NCBI GenBank assembly: GCA_045863235.1
Contig: BTUM01000025.1
Span: 1 to 64,000, forward strand
From: Candidatus Xenobia bacterium
GTDB taxonomy: Bacteria; Vulcanimicrobiota; Xenobia; Xenobiales; QWHO01
Reading direction: 5' to 3'
Length of the DNA stretch: 64,000 nucleotides
The notes beneath the pieces were generated by a model that worked only from the letters and a program-made list of their open reading frames with translations, was not told the DNA's origin and ran no database searches. Made by a program: the position numbers and the translations under genes. Of this stretch, positions 10,934-20,803 are shown piece by piece; position 1 is the stretch's first letter; each line of letters opens with the position of its first letter.

Positions 10934-12109
10934 GTGAAGATCGATCGTGAGCACCCTCGGGCTGTGGTGACCCTTGCCGCGATGCTGGTGGTACTCGGTC
11001 CCCTCTCGATGGAAGCCGTGTTACCGGCTCTTGCGCAGATGGAAGTTCATTTCCGAATCTCGACCAGTAGCTCCCAACTGATCATGTCGGCCTGGCTGGT
11101 CGGCTCAGCGGTGGGACAGCTTTTGTGGGGTCCGGTGGGGGACCGCGTCGGGCGGCGGCCCGCTCTGGCGTTCTCGTCGGCTGGTTTCGCTGGTGCGTCG
11201 GCGGTGTGCATTCTGGCGCCCGCCTTCGAGGGACTCTTGCTCGGGCGTTTTCTCCAGGGGTTAGCCACGGGAGGCGGAGCCGTATTGTCGAGGGCGGTTG
11301 TCCGGGATTGGTATTCCGGGGAGAGGGCGGTGCGGCTGTTCGGCGTGCTATCCAGCGCTCTCTTTCTGGCCCCGATGATCGGTCCGGTTCTGGGCGGCTT
11401 CCTGGCGACTCATTTCGGCTGGACTGGAATCTATGTCTTTGTGGGCCTCTGGTCTCTGGGCGCCCTGGCGCTGATCGGCACCTCACTGGAGGAGAGCTTT
11501 CCGCCCGACCGCCGGTCAAGCGGAAGGGCTCCACTCTGGACGGTGTTGGCCCAGGTCGGGCGGAACCGGCAGTTCGTTTTGTGCTCATTGATCGTGGCCG
11601 CCTCGTCGGCCGGAATGTTCGCTTTCATTACGGGCTCTCCCGACATGCTGATCAATCAGATGGGGATGTCGCCCCTGAACTTCGGTCTGTCCTTTCTGGT
11701 CGTGGCGGCCGGCTTCATCGCCGGTGTGCAGCTCAGCCGCCTCCTCACTCCCCGGGGCTTGCGGACGCGATTGGCAGTCGGTTTGGCGATGGGGCTGGTG
11801 GCCGGCATCGCCTTAACTCTCCAGACGACCAGCCATGGGGTGGTGCAGGCCATCGGCCCTTGTCTGCTTTTCTACCTCGGCCTGGGGATCGTTCAGCCGC
11901 TTTCGATGGCGGCTGCGCTGGAGCCGTTTCAGCAGACAGCAGGCGCGGCCGCCTCTCTGGTTGGCTTCGGGATGATGACCACGGGGGCCGTGGCCAGCAT
12001 GATCGTTGGCCGGTTGCACGATCAGGCGGAGGTTGGAATCGGCCTATTTTTCGCGGTTGGTTCTGGCGTCGGCCTGCTGGCCGTAGCAGGGCTGAAGGAG
12101 CGAAGATGA
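10934..12109 (+). CDS. Bcr/CflA-family MFS efflux transporter
   Basis: GQLLWGPVGDRVGRRP, GRFLQG, RAVVRDWY, APMIGPVLGG; about 12 TM helices. Confidence 0.88.
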   Translation: MKIDREHPRAVVTLAAMLVVLGPLSMEAVLPALAQMEVHFRISTSSSQLIMSAWLVGSAVGQLLWGPVGDRVGRRPALAFSSAGFAGASAVCILAPAFEGLLLGRFLQGLATGGGAVLSRAVVRDWYSGERAVRLFGVLSSALFLAPMIGPVLGGFLATHFGWTGIYVFVGLWSLGALALIGTSLEESFPPDRRSSGRAPLWTVLAQVGRNRQFVLCSLIVAASSAGMFAFITGSPDMLINQMGMSPLNFGLSFLVVAAGFIAGVQLSRLLTPRGLRTRLAVGLAMGLVAGIALTLQTTSHGVVQAIGPCLLFYLGLGIVQPLSMAAALEPFQQTAGAAASLVGFGMMTTGAVASMIVGRLHDQAEVGIGLFFAVGSGVGLLAVAGLKERR

Positions 12110-12927
12110 ACCGATTCGTTGTTTTGTGCGGATTGCTTTTCCTACTGTCTTGCGGCGACGGCTTCGAGCAAAGTCCGGCAACCGTCCAGGCCGACGACAC
12201 CGTATTGTGGGACGGCTCTGTGATGGTGCAGGTCCCCGCCGGCCCCTTCTTGATGGGCAGCACCCCCGAGACCGTCGTCGAGCAACTGGTAAGGGTCCAT
12301 GAGGTCTACCCCGACTTTCCGGCCGCTGACCTCGTCGTGGAGACTCCCCAGCGCACCGTAGTGCTTCCGAGCTACTCCATCGGTCGCTTTGAGGTGACGC
12401 TCGGTCAGTTTCAGCGCTTCGTGCAAACGACCGGATACACTTGGAGTCCAGGCTCGCAGAATGATCCGAGTGCGCCGGTGGTGGGCGTGACACAGGCCGA
12501 CGCAACTGCCTACTGCGACTGGGCCGGCGGGCGCTTGCCTACGGAGGCGGAGTGGGAAAAAGCAGCCCGCGGGACGGATGCCCGAACCTGGCCGTGGGGA
12601 GAGCCGTTCAACAGGGCCCTGTGCCGCAGCAGCGTCCCCGGCCCCTTCGGTGGGGCCGGCTCGACGGCACGCGTCGGGTCGTACCCGGGGGGCGTATCGC
12701 CCTACGGGTGTGAGGACATGGCCGGCAACGTGTGCGAGTGGACCTCGACGATCCTGGCACCTTACCCTGGCAACACCGTAGACGATCCCAATTACCATAA
12801 GGGCTATTACGTCGTGCGCGGAGGATCGTGGCCGGACAACACGGACGTGTGGCTGCGCTGCGCCGATCGATTCTGGCAGGCGCCCGGCAACAGCCTTGAC
12901 AGCATGGGGTTCAGGTTGGCGCGATAG
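12106..12927 (+). CDS. FGE-sulfatase (SUMF1/EgtB/PvdO) domain lipoprotein
   Basis: Lipobox LLSC; RLPTEAEWEKAARG, DMAGNVCEW, RGGSW, GFR. Confidence 0.85.
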   Translation: MNRFVVLCGLLFLLSCGDGFEQSPATVQADDTVLWDGSVMVQVPAGPFLMGSTPETVVEQLVRVHEVYPDFPAADLVVETPQRTVVLPSYSIGRFEVTLGQFQRFVQTTGYTWSPGSQNDPSAPVVGVTQADATAYCDWAGGRLPTEAEWEKAARGTDARTWPWGEPFNRALCRSSVPGPFGGAGSTARVGSYPGGVSPYGCEDMAGNVCEWTSTILAPYPGNTVDDPNYHKGYYVVRGGSWPDNTDVWLRCADRFWQAPGNSLDSMGFRLAR

Positions 12928-14329
12928 CTTTCTCCTGTTGCAGGTAAGGCCGTACCTGCTCCATCAGCGACCCGAGCCGCTCGTCGATGAGCTGACGGGC
13001 ACGCTCCCGATTGTAATTCGTCGCTGTGTCGAGTCCAGAGCAGAGCTCGACCAGAAGGGTCGCCTCCACGACGCCCACCTCACGAGCAAGCTTGTAGGGG
13101 ACCAGATGGTGTGAGATCAGGGAATACTGGGAGATGTAGCGCTCGGGCATCTCGGACTCGATGAGCTTCTCGACCGCCTTTCTGAGCATGAACCCCGGGT
13201 CGTCTGTGGCGGCCCGCATTTCGATGAAATTCTCCAGCGACAGGTCCTGAATGGCATCGGCCTGCGGAATCCGCTGCTCGGAGAACTCGGCGAACACGCG
13301 GCCCCAGTCGAATCCGTGCCGCTCGATGCACTGATGAAGGATAAAGCAGTCCTCGAACCCGCAGTTCATTCCCTGGCCGAAGAAGGGAACCATCGCGTGC
13401 GCGGCGTCGCCAAGCAGGACTACCTTGTCCTTCCAGTGCCACGGCTGGCAGCGGGTGGTCACGAGGAGGCTTGGATGATGGCTCAGTAACTGGTCGGTCA
13501 GGTCTGGCACGAGAGGAGGCACGTCGGGAAAGTGCTCGGTGAAGAAGTCCATCGCCTCCTCACGGTTCTGCAAACGCTCGAAGCTGAGCGGGCCGGTCAG
13601 AGGCATGAAAAGCGTGCCGATGGTGGAGCCCGAGAGGTCGGGGAGGCCCATGAACATGAACGTCCTGCGTGGCCAGATGTGGAGGGCGTGCTCCTCTATC
13701 GCGTAGCCGCTGTCCGGGCCCGGGGGAATGTCGATTTCACTGTAGCCATAGCTCTCCTCCCCCTGTCGGTGGGTCTGCGAGTATTCAAAGAGCGGCAGCT
13801 TGAGCATCATGCTGCGGATCGCCGAGCCAGAGCCGTCCGTTCCGAAGACGACCCCCTGGTGGACGACTCTGGCGCCTGCCGGGTCGCCGAACTCGACCGT
13901 TCCCTCGTGGAAATTCATGAATTGAGCCTCGTGGCCGAAGTGGAAGCGAACTCTGGCGGTCTTTTCCGCCTGGGTGATGAGCGTCCGGTTCAGCCACGTT
14001 CGGGGGATAGCGCGAAGACACTCCTCGGGGTTGAGGCCATAGGGTTGAAGCTCGGTCCGGCCGTCAGTATGGTGGATCATTCGGCCATAGCAAGGGATGG
14101 TATGGCTCAGAACCTCGGCTTCGAGGCCTACTGCGCGAATTGCGTGGGCCCCCCGGGCGGACATGGCCATGTTGATGGAGCGGTGGAAGCTCCCGGTTTG
14201 CTCGCGAATGTCAGGCCGCTTCTCGAAGACGTCGACCTCCAGGCCCAGCCGGGCCAGGTAGATCGACAGCAGACACCCCACCAGACCCGCTCCCACGACG
14301 ATCACACGCTCTTGCATAGAAGAACTCAT
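12911..14329 (-). CDS. kmo: Kynurenine 3-monooxygenase
   Basis: GAGLVG, RSINMAMSARG, LHIWPR, GDAAHAMVPFFGQGMNCGFED, NFIEMR. Confidence 0.9.
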   Translation of the reverse strand: MSSSMQERVIVVGAGLVGCLLSIYLARLGLEVDVFEKRPDIREQTGSFHRSINMAMSARGAHAIRAVGLEAEVLSHTIPCYGRMIHHTDGRTELQPYGLNPEECLRAIPRTWLNRTLITQAEKTARVRFHFGHEAQFMNFHEGTVEFGDPAGARVVHQGVVFGTDGSGSAIRSMMLKLPLFEYSQTHRQGEESYGYSEIDIPPGPDSGYAIEEHALHIWPRRTFMFMGLPDLSGSTIGTLFMPLTGPLSFERLQNREEAMDFFTEHFPDVPPLVPDLTDQLLSHHPSLLVTTRCQPWHWKDKVVLLGDAAHAMVPFFGQGMNCGFEDCFILHQCIERHGFDWGRVFAEFSEQRIPQADAIQDLSLENFIEMRAATDDPGFMLRKAVEKLIESEMPERYISQYSLISHHLVPYKLAREVGVVEATLLVELCSGLDTATNYNRERARQLIDERLGSLMEQVRPYLQQEKAIAPT

Positions 14330-14474
14330 ACGCGGGGAGGGGGTTGGTTTCCTACGCTCGTTGACAACGCGCGGGAGTGTAGACAATCTGTTACGGCGCC
14401 GCGCCAACTCCCGAAGCGTTCAGCGCGCGGGGCCTGAGTAGAATCGGAGCCAGAAGCTCCCTTGATACGCTCGC

Positions 14475-15080
14475 TTACCGGTTATGGCCAGGAGCCGGCG
14501 GGACTCCTAACGCATCCTCCAGAACCGGCCTCAGGGCGACTGCCATGCGGTGATAGCCGGTCGGGGTAGGATGCAGGCCGTCCGGGGACTGGCGCAGATA
14601 GTCGTGATCGCGCACATCCTGGACCGCTTTGTGGAAGTCGCAAACCGGGATCTGTTGGTCGAGAATCCACTGGTTGAGCCGATGGAGCTCACGGTTCTCC
14701 TCGAGCTTGGCCGTGTTGTAAGGGATGACCGTGCCGCCAACGACGATGATGCCGAGCTCGCGGGCGCGTTGATACATCGCGAGGAGGTTTTCCTGAATTT
14801 GGCGCAGGGGAAGGTGCAGGTAGACGTCGTTCACGCCTGCGAGTATCACCACGGCATGGGGATGATTCTGCGTGACGTCGCGTTCGAAGCGGGCACGAAT
14901 TTCGTCCGTGCGCTGGCCGTTGACCCCGCGGTTGAGCACTTCCCACTCGGGGTGGTGATGCATGAGCCAGTGGGCATACTGACTGGTCACGTCCCCTTTT
15001 CCGTCGGGCGGGTGCTCGAGTGGCGAGAGGAAGTTGGGAGTCCCCGCGGTGGTCGAGTCGCCCAGGGCCACGATTCGCAT
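14475..15080 (-). CDS. SGNH/GDSL hydrolase
   Basis: GDSTTAG, NRGVNG, GVND and DGLHP blocks. Confidence 0.88.
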   Translation of the reverse strand: MRIVALGDSTTAGTPNFLSPLEHPPDGKGDVTSQYAHWLMHHHPEWEVLNRGVNGQRTDEIRARFERDVTQNHPHAVVILAGVNDVYLHLPLRQIQENLLAMYQRARELGIIVVGGTVIPYNTAKLEENRELHRLNQWILDQQIPVCDFHKAVQDVRDHDYLRQSPDGLHPTPTGYHRMAVALRPVLEDALGVPPAPGHNR

Positions 15081-15197
15081 CTGCGGCGGTTCTCTCCAAG
15101 TGCCGGGGTTCCTGGGAGGGCCTTGCTCGAAGAGGATTTTTGCATCATCCTGCGCTCAACAGATTGAGTAGCAGGCTACCGGTTTTGCATCAGCCCG

Positions 15198-16694
15198 CTA
15201 GAGGGGGCTGCCAGGCAGACCGAGAGTGCGCCGAAGGAGCGCCGGGGGAGGCGAGCCATAGCTCAGAATCTTGTCGTGGAACTCTTGCGCAGGCAGGCAC
15301 AGGTCGGAGCGGAGTTGCTTGATGATCATCTTGCCCAGCGTATAGTAGCCGTACTCGGGATCGAAGCTGCCACGGCGGGCTGACGCGAGCGCCCGGCCGG
15401 GTTGCATGTAGGCACTCTGTTCGAACAGTCTGGCCACGGCGGACAACTCATCACCGGCGCAGTGCAGGCGCAGGCTGGCCAGGAGCCGGCACGTTCGGTC
15501 GAGGGCGGCCAGAACTTGATTCGAGCGCAGACTTGCTGGATCAGGCAACTGGTAGCCTGTGTCCACCATCATCTCTTCGCAGTAATGCGCCCAGCCCTCG
15601 GTGAATGCATAATTTCGCAGCAGCTTGCGGGCGCGGCTCGGACTCCGGGCCATGTGGAGCGCGTGCACGAAATGACCTGGGAAGGACTCGTGGAGCGCGA
15701 TCAGGTGCAGCATCGCGTGGTCGAACTGGCACATCCAGTCGTCCTGCTCCTTTTGAGACCAGGCCGGGTCGGGCAGAGTTACGTTAAAGAACGCCTGTCG
15801 CTCCTCTTCGAAGAGCCCGGGATTGTCCATCGACGCGAAAGACCAGCGGGCTCCGGGCGGCGAGTTTCGGACCACGCACGCAAACTCGTCGGGCAGGCTC
15901 ACCACCTGGTTCTCGTGGAGGAAGTCGCGCAATCCGCTTACGATTTGTCGGACTTCCTCCAGAACGTCGTCCATCGACGCGTGTTGGGCTTGTGCGCCCG
16001 ACCGGATCAGGTGGGCCTGCTCGAGATTGCGCTCGAGTTCGTGCAGAGCCAGTTGCTCGAGCTGAGATGGTGTCAGTTCCAGGCCGGGACCTGTCTGAAG
16101 CATCCGCTGAAAGAGTCGTTCACCCATTGGGAGGTGGTCCGGGGCCACCGCTGAGCGCTCCTCCAGCCAGGCGCCCCAGCCTTCAAGCGCGGCAGCGGCT
16201 GCCAGAGCGACCTTTTCGGCCTGCGGGAATGCCTTCGGGATTTCGTCTTGGTAGACGGGCACATACTCCCGAGCAGAGGCGGCGCCCTGGCGCAGGGTGG
16301 CTGCGCTGGACGGCCCCGTAAGGTTGAGCTTTGCCTGATGCAACAATCTTGGGACTTGAGCCGCGTGCTGTGCGGCCATCTTCCCCCGCTCTTGGGGCGT
16401 GGCGTTGTCTCGGGTGAGGTAGAGACCTGGGTCGACCGCTTCCAGGTAGACCATCGGGGAGATGGTATGCCAGCCGAGGTCTTGATACCAGAAGCGCTCA
16501 CTCTCGGCGGCCATCCGCTGCAGGGCTTCGTCGTGCGAGGCTCCCTGGGGCGCCTGCTCACTGAGAGCCCGGCAATAGGCGTCCAGGCTGGACGGGCTCC
16601 AGTCGCCCACCTGGCCCTGCAGCTCGTAGAGCCCGTCCCGGGCGCCTCGAAAGGGGTAGCGCTCCAGGTAGAGATCCACGATCGAATTCGCCAT
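15198..16694 (-). CDS. DUF885-family putative metallohydrolase
   Basis: HESFPGHFVH, FTEGWAHYCE, YTLGK, FHDKILSYG. Confidence 0.8.
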   Translation of the reverse strand: MANSIVDLYLERYPFRGARDGLYELQGQVGDWSPSSLDAYCRALSEQAPQGASHDEALQRMAAESERFWYQDLGWHTISPMVYLEAVDPGLYLTRDNATPQERGKMAAQHAAQVPRLLHQAKLNLTGPSSAATLRQGAASAREYVPVYQDEIPKAFPQAEKVALAAAAALEGWGAWLEERSAVAPDHLPMGERLFQRMLQTGPGLELTPSQLEQLALHELERNLEQAHLIRSGAQAQHASMDDVLEEVRQIVSGLRDFLHENQVVSLPDEFACVVRNSPPGARWSFASMDNPGLFEEERQAFFNVTLPDPAWSQKEQDDWMCQFDHAMLHLIALHESFPGHFVHALHMARSPSRARKLLRNYAFTEGWAHYCEEMMVDTGYQLPDPASLRSNQVLAALDRTCRLLASLRLHCAGDELSAVARLFEQSAYMQPGRALASARRGSFDPEYGYYTLGKMIIKQLRSDLCLPAQEFHDKILSYGSPPPALLRRTLGLPGSPL

Positions 16695-16770
16695 AGGGCG
16701 TGGCCATTCTGCGCGTATCGGGCCGTGCCTGCAGGGGTCGACCCGGGACACGGCAAAGGGCTGGCCGGTT

Positions 16771-17589
16771 ATGGAGCGCCAGTATTCGATCGGTCATCCT
16801 GAGGATGGTGGGCCCAAGGTCCTGGCGCCGCAGGAGCTGACTTACAGCAGCTACCTCAAGGTCCCTTCCCTGCTCCAATTGCAAGAGCTTTTGTCGGAGC
16901 CACCGGATCACGATGAAATGCTGTTCATCATCATTCATCAGACCTATGAGCTCTGGTTCAAGCAGATCATCCATGAACTCGAGGCAGCTCTCAAGGCGAT
17001 GCAGGAAGGAAGGATTCTGGAGACCCATCACTTCGTGCGCCGCATCGTCCGGATCATGCACGTGCTCGTGCAGCAGATTCACGTGCTCGAGACAATGGCC
17101 ACGGTCGAGTTCTTGCAGTTCCGAGACCGCCTGAATCCGGCCAGCGGTTTTCAGTCGGTGCAGTTTCGAGAGATCGAGTTTATGGGTGGGCTGAAGAGTG
17201 AACGCTACCTGTCCGTCTTCGAGCATCATACCGACAGTCAGGCGGCTCTGAAAGCTCGGCTGGAAGGCCCCGACCTTTGGCAAGCATTTTCCCGACTTCT
17301 GGGTATCGAGTCGGGCGCTGAAAAGCAGGCCGCGCTGGATGCGGTGGTGGCGCTTTATCAGCGTCCTGAAGCCAATCTGCCCTTGTTTCTCCTGGCTGAG
17401 AGCTTGATGGACTTCGACGAGGCTCTGATTCTCTGGCGCAGCCACCACGTAATGATGGTGGAGCGGGTGATCGGGATGCGCCCTGGCACAGGAGGCTCGG
17501 CGGGAGTCGGATACCTCGAATCCACACGATCCAAGCGCTGTTTCCCCCTCCTGTGGGAAGCCAGGACCTACCTCCGAAAGAACGCATGA
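16771..17589 (+). CDS. kynA: Tryptophan 2,3-dioxygenase
   Basis: YSSYL, HDEMLFIIIHQTYELWFK, ASGFQSVQFR, GTGGSAGVGYL. Confidence 0.95.
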   Translation: MERQYSIGHPEDGGPKVLAPQELTYSSYLKVPSLLQLQELLSEPPDHDEMLFIIIHQTYELWFKQIIHELEAALKAMQEGRILETHHFVRRIVRIMHVLVQQIHVLETMATVEFLQFRDRLNPASGFQSVQFREIEFMGGLKSERYLSVFEHHTDSQAALKARLEGPDLWQAFSRLLGIESGAEKQAALDAVVALYQRPEANLPLFLLAESLMDFDEALILWRSHHVMMVERVIGMRPGTGGSAGVGYLESTRSKRCFPLLWEARTYLRKNA

Positions 17590-17765
17590 AGCGCTAGAAG
17601 TCCGGCCGCAAACCCCCTTTGTGTTGTGGGAGGGGACCCCCGCCACCACAAGATGTCTCCTGAGGTGGACCTGCCCGAAAGAATCCAGGTAGCAGCTAAT
17701 CTTCGCTTTCGAGCTGCAATAGCGCAAAGAGGGCACGTTCGGTACCTGCCCGAAGCACGCGTCCC

Positions 17766-19316
17766 ATGCAAGAAGTTGACATCGCGATCGTCGGTGGTGG
17801 CGTGGCCGGGACCTATTCAGCCTGGAGGCTCAAGCAGGCCCACCCGCAAGCTCGGATCGTGCTCCTGGAAGCAAGCTCACGTATCGGGGGGCGCCTGCAC
17901 TCTTTGACTCCCGAGGGAATGCCCAGCCTGCGGGCCGAGATCGGGGGCATGCGCTTTCCCAGTTTTCACCGTTTCGCGCTCAATTTGATCGATACGCTGG
18001 GGCTCGAGACGCGTGAGTTCAAGGAAGGCAACGCCAATAACCTGTTCTATCTTCGAGGTCGCCGGCTCAAAGGGGAGGACTTTGCGCATTCTGATCGCGT
18101 CCCCTACTGGTTGCGAGAGGACGAGCAGGGCGTGTCCCCGCCCGAGCTACTCAAGCGGTGCCTTCAGCGATTGAGCCAGCAGAGCGCCGATTTCGGGCCG
18201 GCCGAGCTCGAGAAGGCGCGCCGCGGCCAGGGGCTGAACGGGCAACCGCTCCACGAGCTGGGCTTCCTGCAACAGCTGATGCAGGTCGCCAGCTTCGAGG
18301 CGCTGCAGCTGATTGAGGATGCAGGCGGATACTACACGGCGGTGGGCAACACCAACGCCTCCGACACCATCTACACGATGCTCTGCCATCGTCGCGAGAC
18401 CGGGGTCCACTTTCGCACCCTCAAGGAGGGCCTGCAGGCGCTTCCGGTCAGGCTGGCTTCCGAGTTCCAGAGGCTGGGGGGCGAAGTTCGACTGCAGCAC
18501 GCTCTCGTCGGGCTCCCCCGCCCCGAGGGCCGGGTCGTGCTGAGGGTCCGGGCCGGAGAGACCATCGACACTCTCTCGGCGGGCCGGGTCATTCTGGCAA
18601 TGCCGCGCCGGTCGCTCGAGTTGCTGCTCGGACGCTGCTATCTGTTCCAGATTCCTCAGTTCGTCGAGGACCTGCAGCAGGTGTCCGGGCAGCCCGCCAG
18701 CAAGCTCTTCCTCTGTTTCGATCATCCGTGGTGGAGCGCGCTGGGGCTTGAATCGGGCCGCTCGGACACCGATCTGCCCATGCGCCAGTGCTATTACTTT
18801 GGAACCGAGGGGGATCAGCCCGGGGCCGACCCCGCCACTCGGAGATCGCTCCTGATGGCCGGCTACAACGACGGGAAAGCCGTAAGCTTCTGGCAAGGCT
18901 TCGTGCGAGGCGGAATGGCAGCCAATGCGTTGCTCGAGTCCGAGCTCCCCGTTCACCACAGCCCCGTGGACGAGCTCGAGCCCAGCTCGCCAATGGTGGA
19001 GGAGTCCTGCCGCCAGTTGTCCGAGCTCCATCAGCTCGAGGTACCGCGCCCCTATGCCAGCTACTTCGTGGACTGGATGACCGATCCTTACGGAGGCGCC
19101 TGGCACTCGTGGCGCGTGGGGGCCCGCTCGTGGGAGGTCATGCCCCGCATGCGCCAACCCGATCTCGCCCACCCCATCTACATCTGCGGTGAAGCCTACT
19201 CACTTGACCAGGGGTGGGTCGAGGGTGCCCTCAACACGGCCGAGCACGTCCTCGAGGAGAAGTTCGGCCTCAGTCCACCACCCTTTCTGCCCGAAGGCCA
19301 GTTCTTCGGGCCGTGA
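17766..19316 (+). CDS. Flavin amine/L-amino-acid oxidase
   Basis: IVGGGVAG, RIGGR, EIGGMRF, ICGEAYS..QGWVEGAL. Confidence 0.85.
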   Translation: MQEVDIAIVGGGVAGTYSAWRLKQAHPQARIVLLEASSRIGGRLHSLTPEGMPSLRAEIGGMRFPSFHRFALNLIDTLGLETREFKEGNANNLFYLRGRRLKGEDFAHSDRVPYWLREDEQGVSPPELLKRCLQRLSQQSADFGPAELEKARRGQGLNGQPLHELGFLQQLMQVASFEALQLIEDAGGYYTAVGNTNASDTIYTMLCHRRETGVHFRTLKEGLQALPVRLASEFQRLGGEVRLQHALVGLPRPEGRVVLRVRAGETIDTLSAGRVILAMPRRSLELLLGRCYLFQIPQFVEDLQQVSGQPASKLFLCFDHPWWSALGLESGRSDTDLPMRQCYYFGTEGDQPGADPATRRSLLMAGYNDGKAVSFWQGFVRGGMAANALLESELPVHHSPVDELEPSSPMVEESCRQLSELHQLEVPRPYASYFVDWMTDPYGGAWHSWRVGARSWEVMPRMRQPDLAHPIYICGEAYSLDQGWVEGALNTAEHVLEEKFGLSPPPFLPEGQFFGP

Positions 19317-20803
19317 GCCGGGAGCGTCCCGCCGACGGACAAGCGACCGAGACGGGTCCCCCCCCCGACGTGCCGGTTCGCGAGTCCGGCTCCTCATCCG
19401 TGCGAACCGCCACCACCCCGCGCCTGACCTCGGCCCGGATCCGATTGATCACGGCCGGGGTCATCACCACGAACTTCCTGGTGGCCCTCGAAGCCACCGT
19501 GGTCAGCACGGCCGCCCCCACGATCGTGGGAGAGCTGGGGGGCATGGGCCTCTATGCCTGGGTCTTCACGGCTTACATGCTGACCACGACGGTCACCGGG
19601 CCGCTCTGGGGAAAGCTCTCCGACCTCTACGGGCGCAAACCCATGTACCTGGCCAGCGTGGCTATCTTCCTGGCGGGCTCAGCCTTGAGCGGGCAGAGTC
19701 GCAGCATGACCGAGCTGATCGCCTTTCGCGCCCTGCAGGGGATCGGGGGCGGAGCCCTCATCCCGCTGGGGCAGACGGTGCTGGCCGAAGTCTACGATCT
19801 GGCCTCGCGGGCCCGCATCCAGGCCCTGATCACCACCATCTTCGGCATCGCCAGCATCGTGGGGCCGCTGGTGGGCGGCATCATCACGCAACACGCCAGC
19901 TGGAGGTGGATTTTCTACCTCAACGTGCCCTTCGGGCTCGCGGGGGTGCTGATCCTCGCCCTGACGCTGCCGCCCCACCGCGCCCGCGGGCCGGTTCACT
20001 TCGATTGGGCTGGCACGGGCGTTTTCTCGCGGGCCCTGACCCGGTTCTTGGTGTGGACTCAGGGGCTCCCCGGTTGGAGCTTGCACGACCCGCGGGCCTG
20101 GGGTGGGCTTCTGGCCATCGTCATCCTTGCGGCTTGTTTCTGGAAGATCGAGCAGGCTCACCCCGATCCCCTGCTGCCTCCCGGTCTCTTTCGCATCCGC
20201 ATGTTTATGGCCGGGAGCGTGGTCATGACCCTGGTCGGCATGACCCTCTTTGGCGCCATTACGTATCTGCCTCTGTTCTACCAGAGCGTGCTGCACGACA
20301 GCGCCAGCCAGGCCGGCCAGGCCCTCACCCCGCTGCTGGTGACCTGGATCATGGGCTCGACCCTGTCCACTCGCATGATCCTCAAAGCCGGTTATCGAAT
20401 CACGCTGGCGGTGGGGCTGCTGGGCTTCCTGGCGGCGTTCGCGATCATGGCCGCGGCCGGCGCCGAGACCCCCCGGTGGGTGCTGGCAGCGGCCGGCGTG
20501 TTTGCGGGGGTGGGGGGAGGCTTCACGGTGGCGCCCCTGGTCATCGCCGTCCAGAGCGTGGTGGACCGGCCCCACCTGGGCATCGCAACCTCCGAGGTGC
20601 TCTTCTTTCGTAGCGTGGGAGCCTCGGTCGGGGTGACGCTGATGGGCGTGGCTCTGAACGCCGCAAGTCGGTCCGATCTGGCCCTGGGGCTCCAGCGGGC
20701 CTTCCAGGTGGGAATGTTCTTTGCCGTGCTGTCAGTGGCCGCCTGGTGGCTGGTCCCGCCAGGGAGCGCGGAGAGTTTTCAAGCGAAGGAGCCCGGGCAA
20801 TGA
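19313..20803 (+). CDS. DHA2 (EmrB/QacA-like) MFS transporter
   Basis: WVFTAYML, GKLSDLYGRK, FRALQGIGGG, WRWIFYLNVP. Confidence 0.88.
   Translation: MSRERPADGQATETGPPPDVPVRESGSSSVRTATTPRLTSARIRLITAGVITTNFLVALEATVVSTAAPTIVGELGGMGLYAWVFTAYMLTTTVTGPLWGKLSDLYGRKPMYLASVAIFLAGSALSGQSRSMTELIAFRALQGIGGGALIPLGQTVLAEVYDLASRARIQALITTIFGIASIVGPLVGGIITQHASWRWIFYLNVPFGLAGVLILALTLPPHRARGPVHFDWAGTGVFSRALTRFLVWTQGLPGWSLHDPRAWGGLLAIVILAACFWKIEQAHPDPLLPPGLFRIRMFMAGSVVMTLVGMTLFGAITYLPLFYQSVLHDSASQAGQALTPLLVTWIMGSTLSTRMILKAGYRITLAVGLLGFLAAFAIMAAAGAETPRWVLAAAGVFAGVGGGFTVAPLVIAVQSVVDRPHLGIATSEVLFFRSVGASVGVTLMGVALNAASRSDLALGLQRAFQVGMFFAVLSVAAWWLVPPGSAESFQAKEPGQ

Noticed and set aside
11125..12105. N-terminal extension of the 600-aa ORF
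   Set aside because: Overlaps the MFS gene in another frame; the real start is the ATG at 12106 with a lipoprotein signal.
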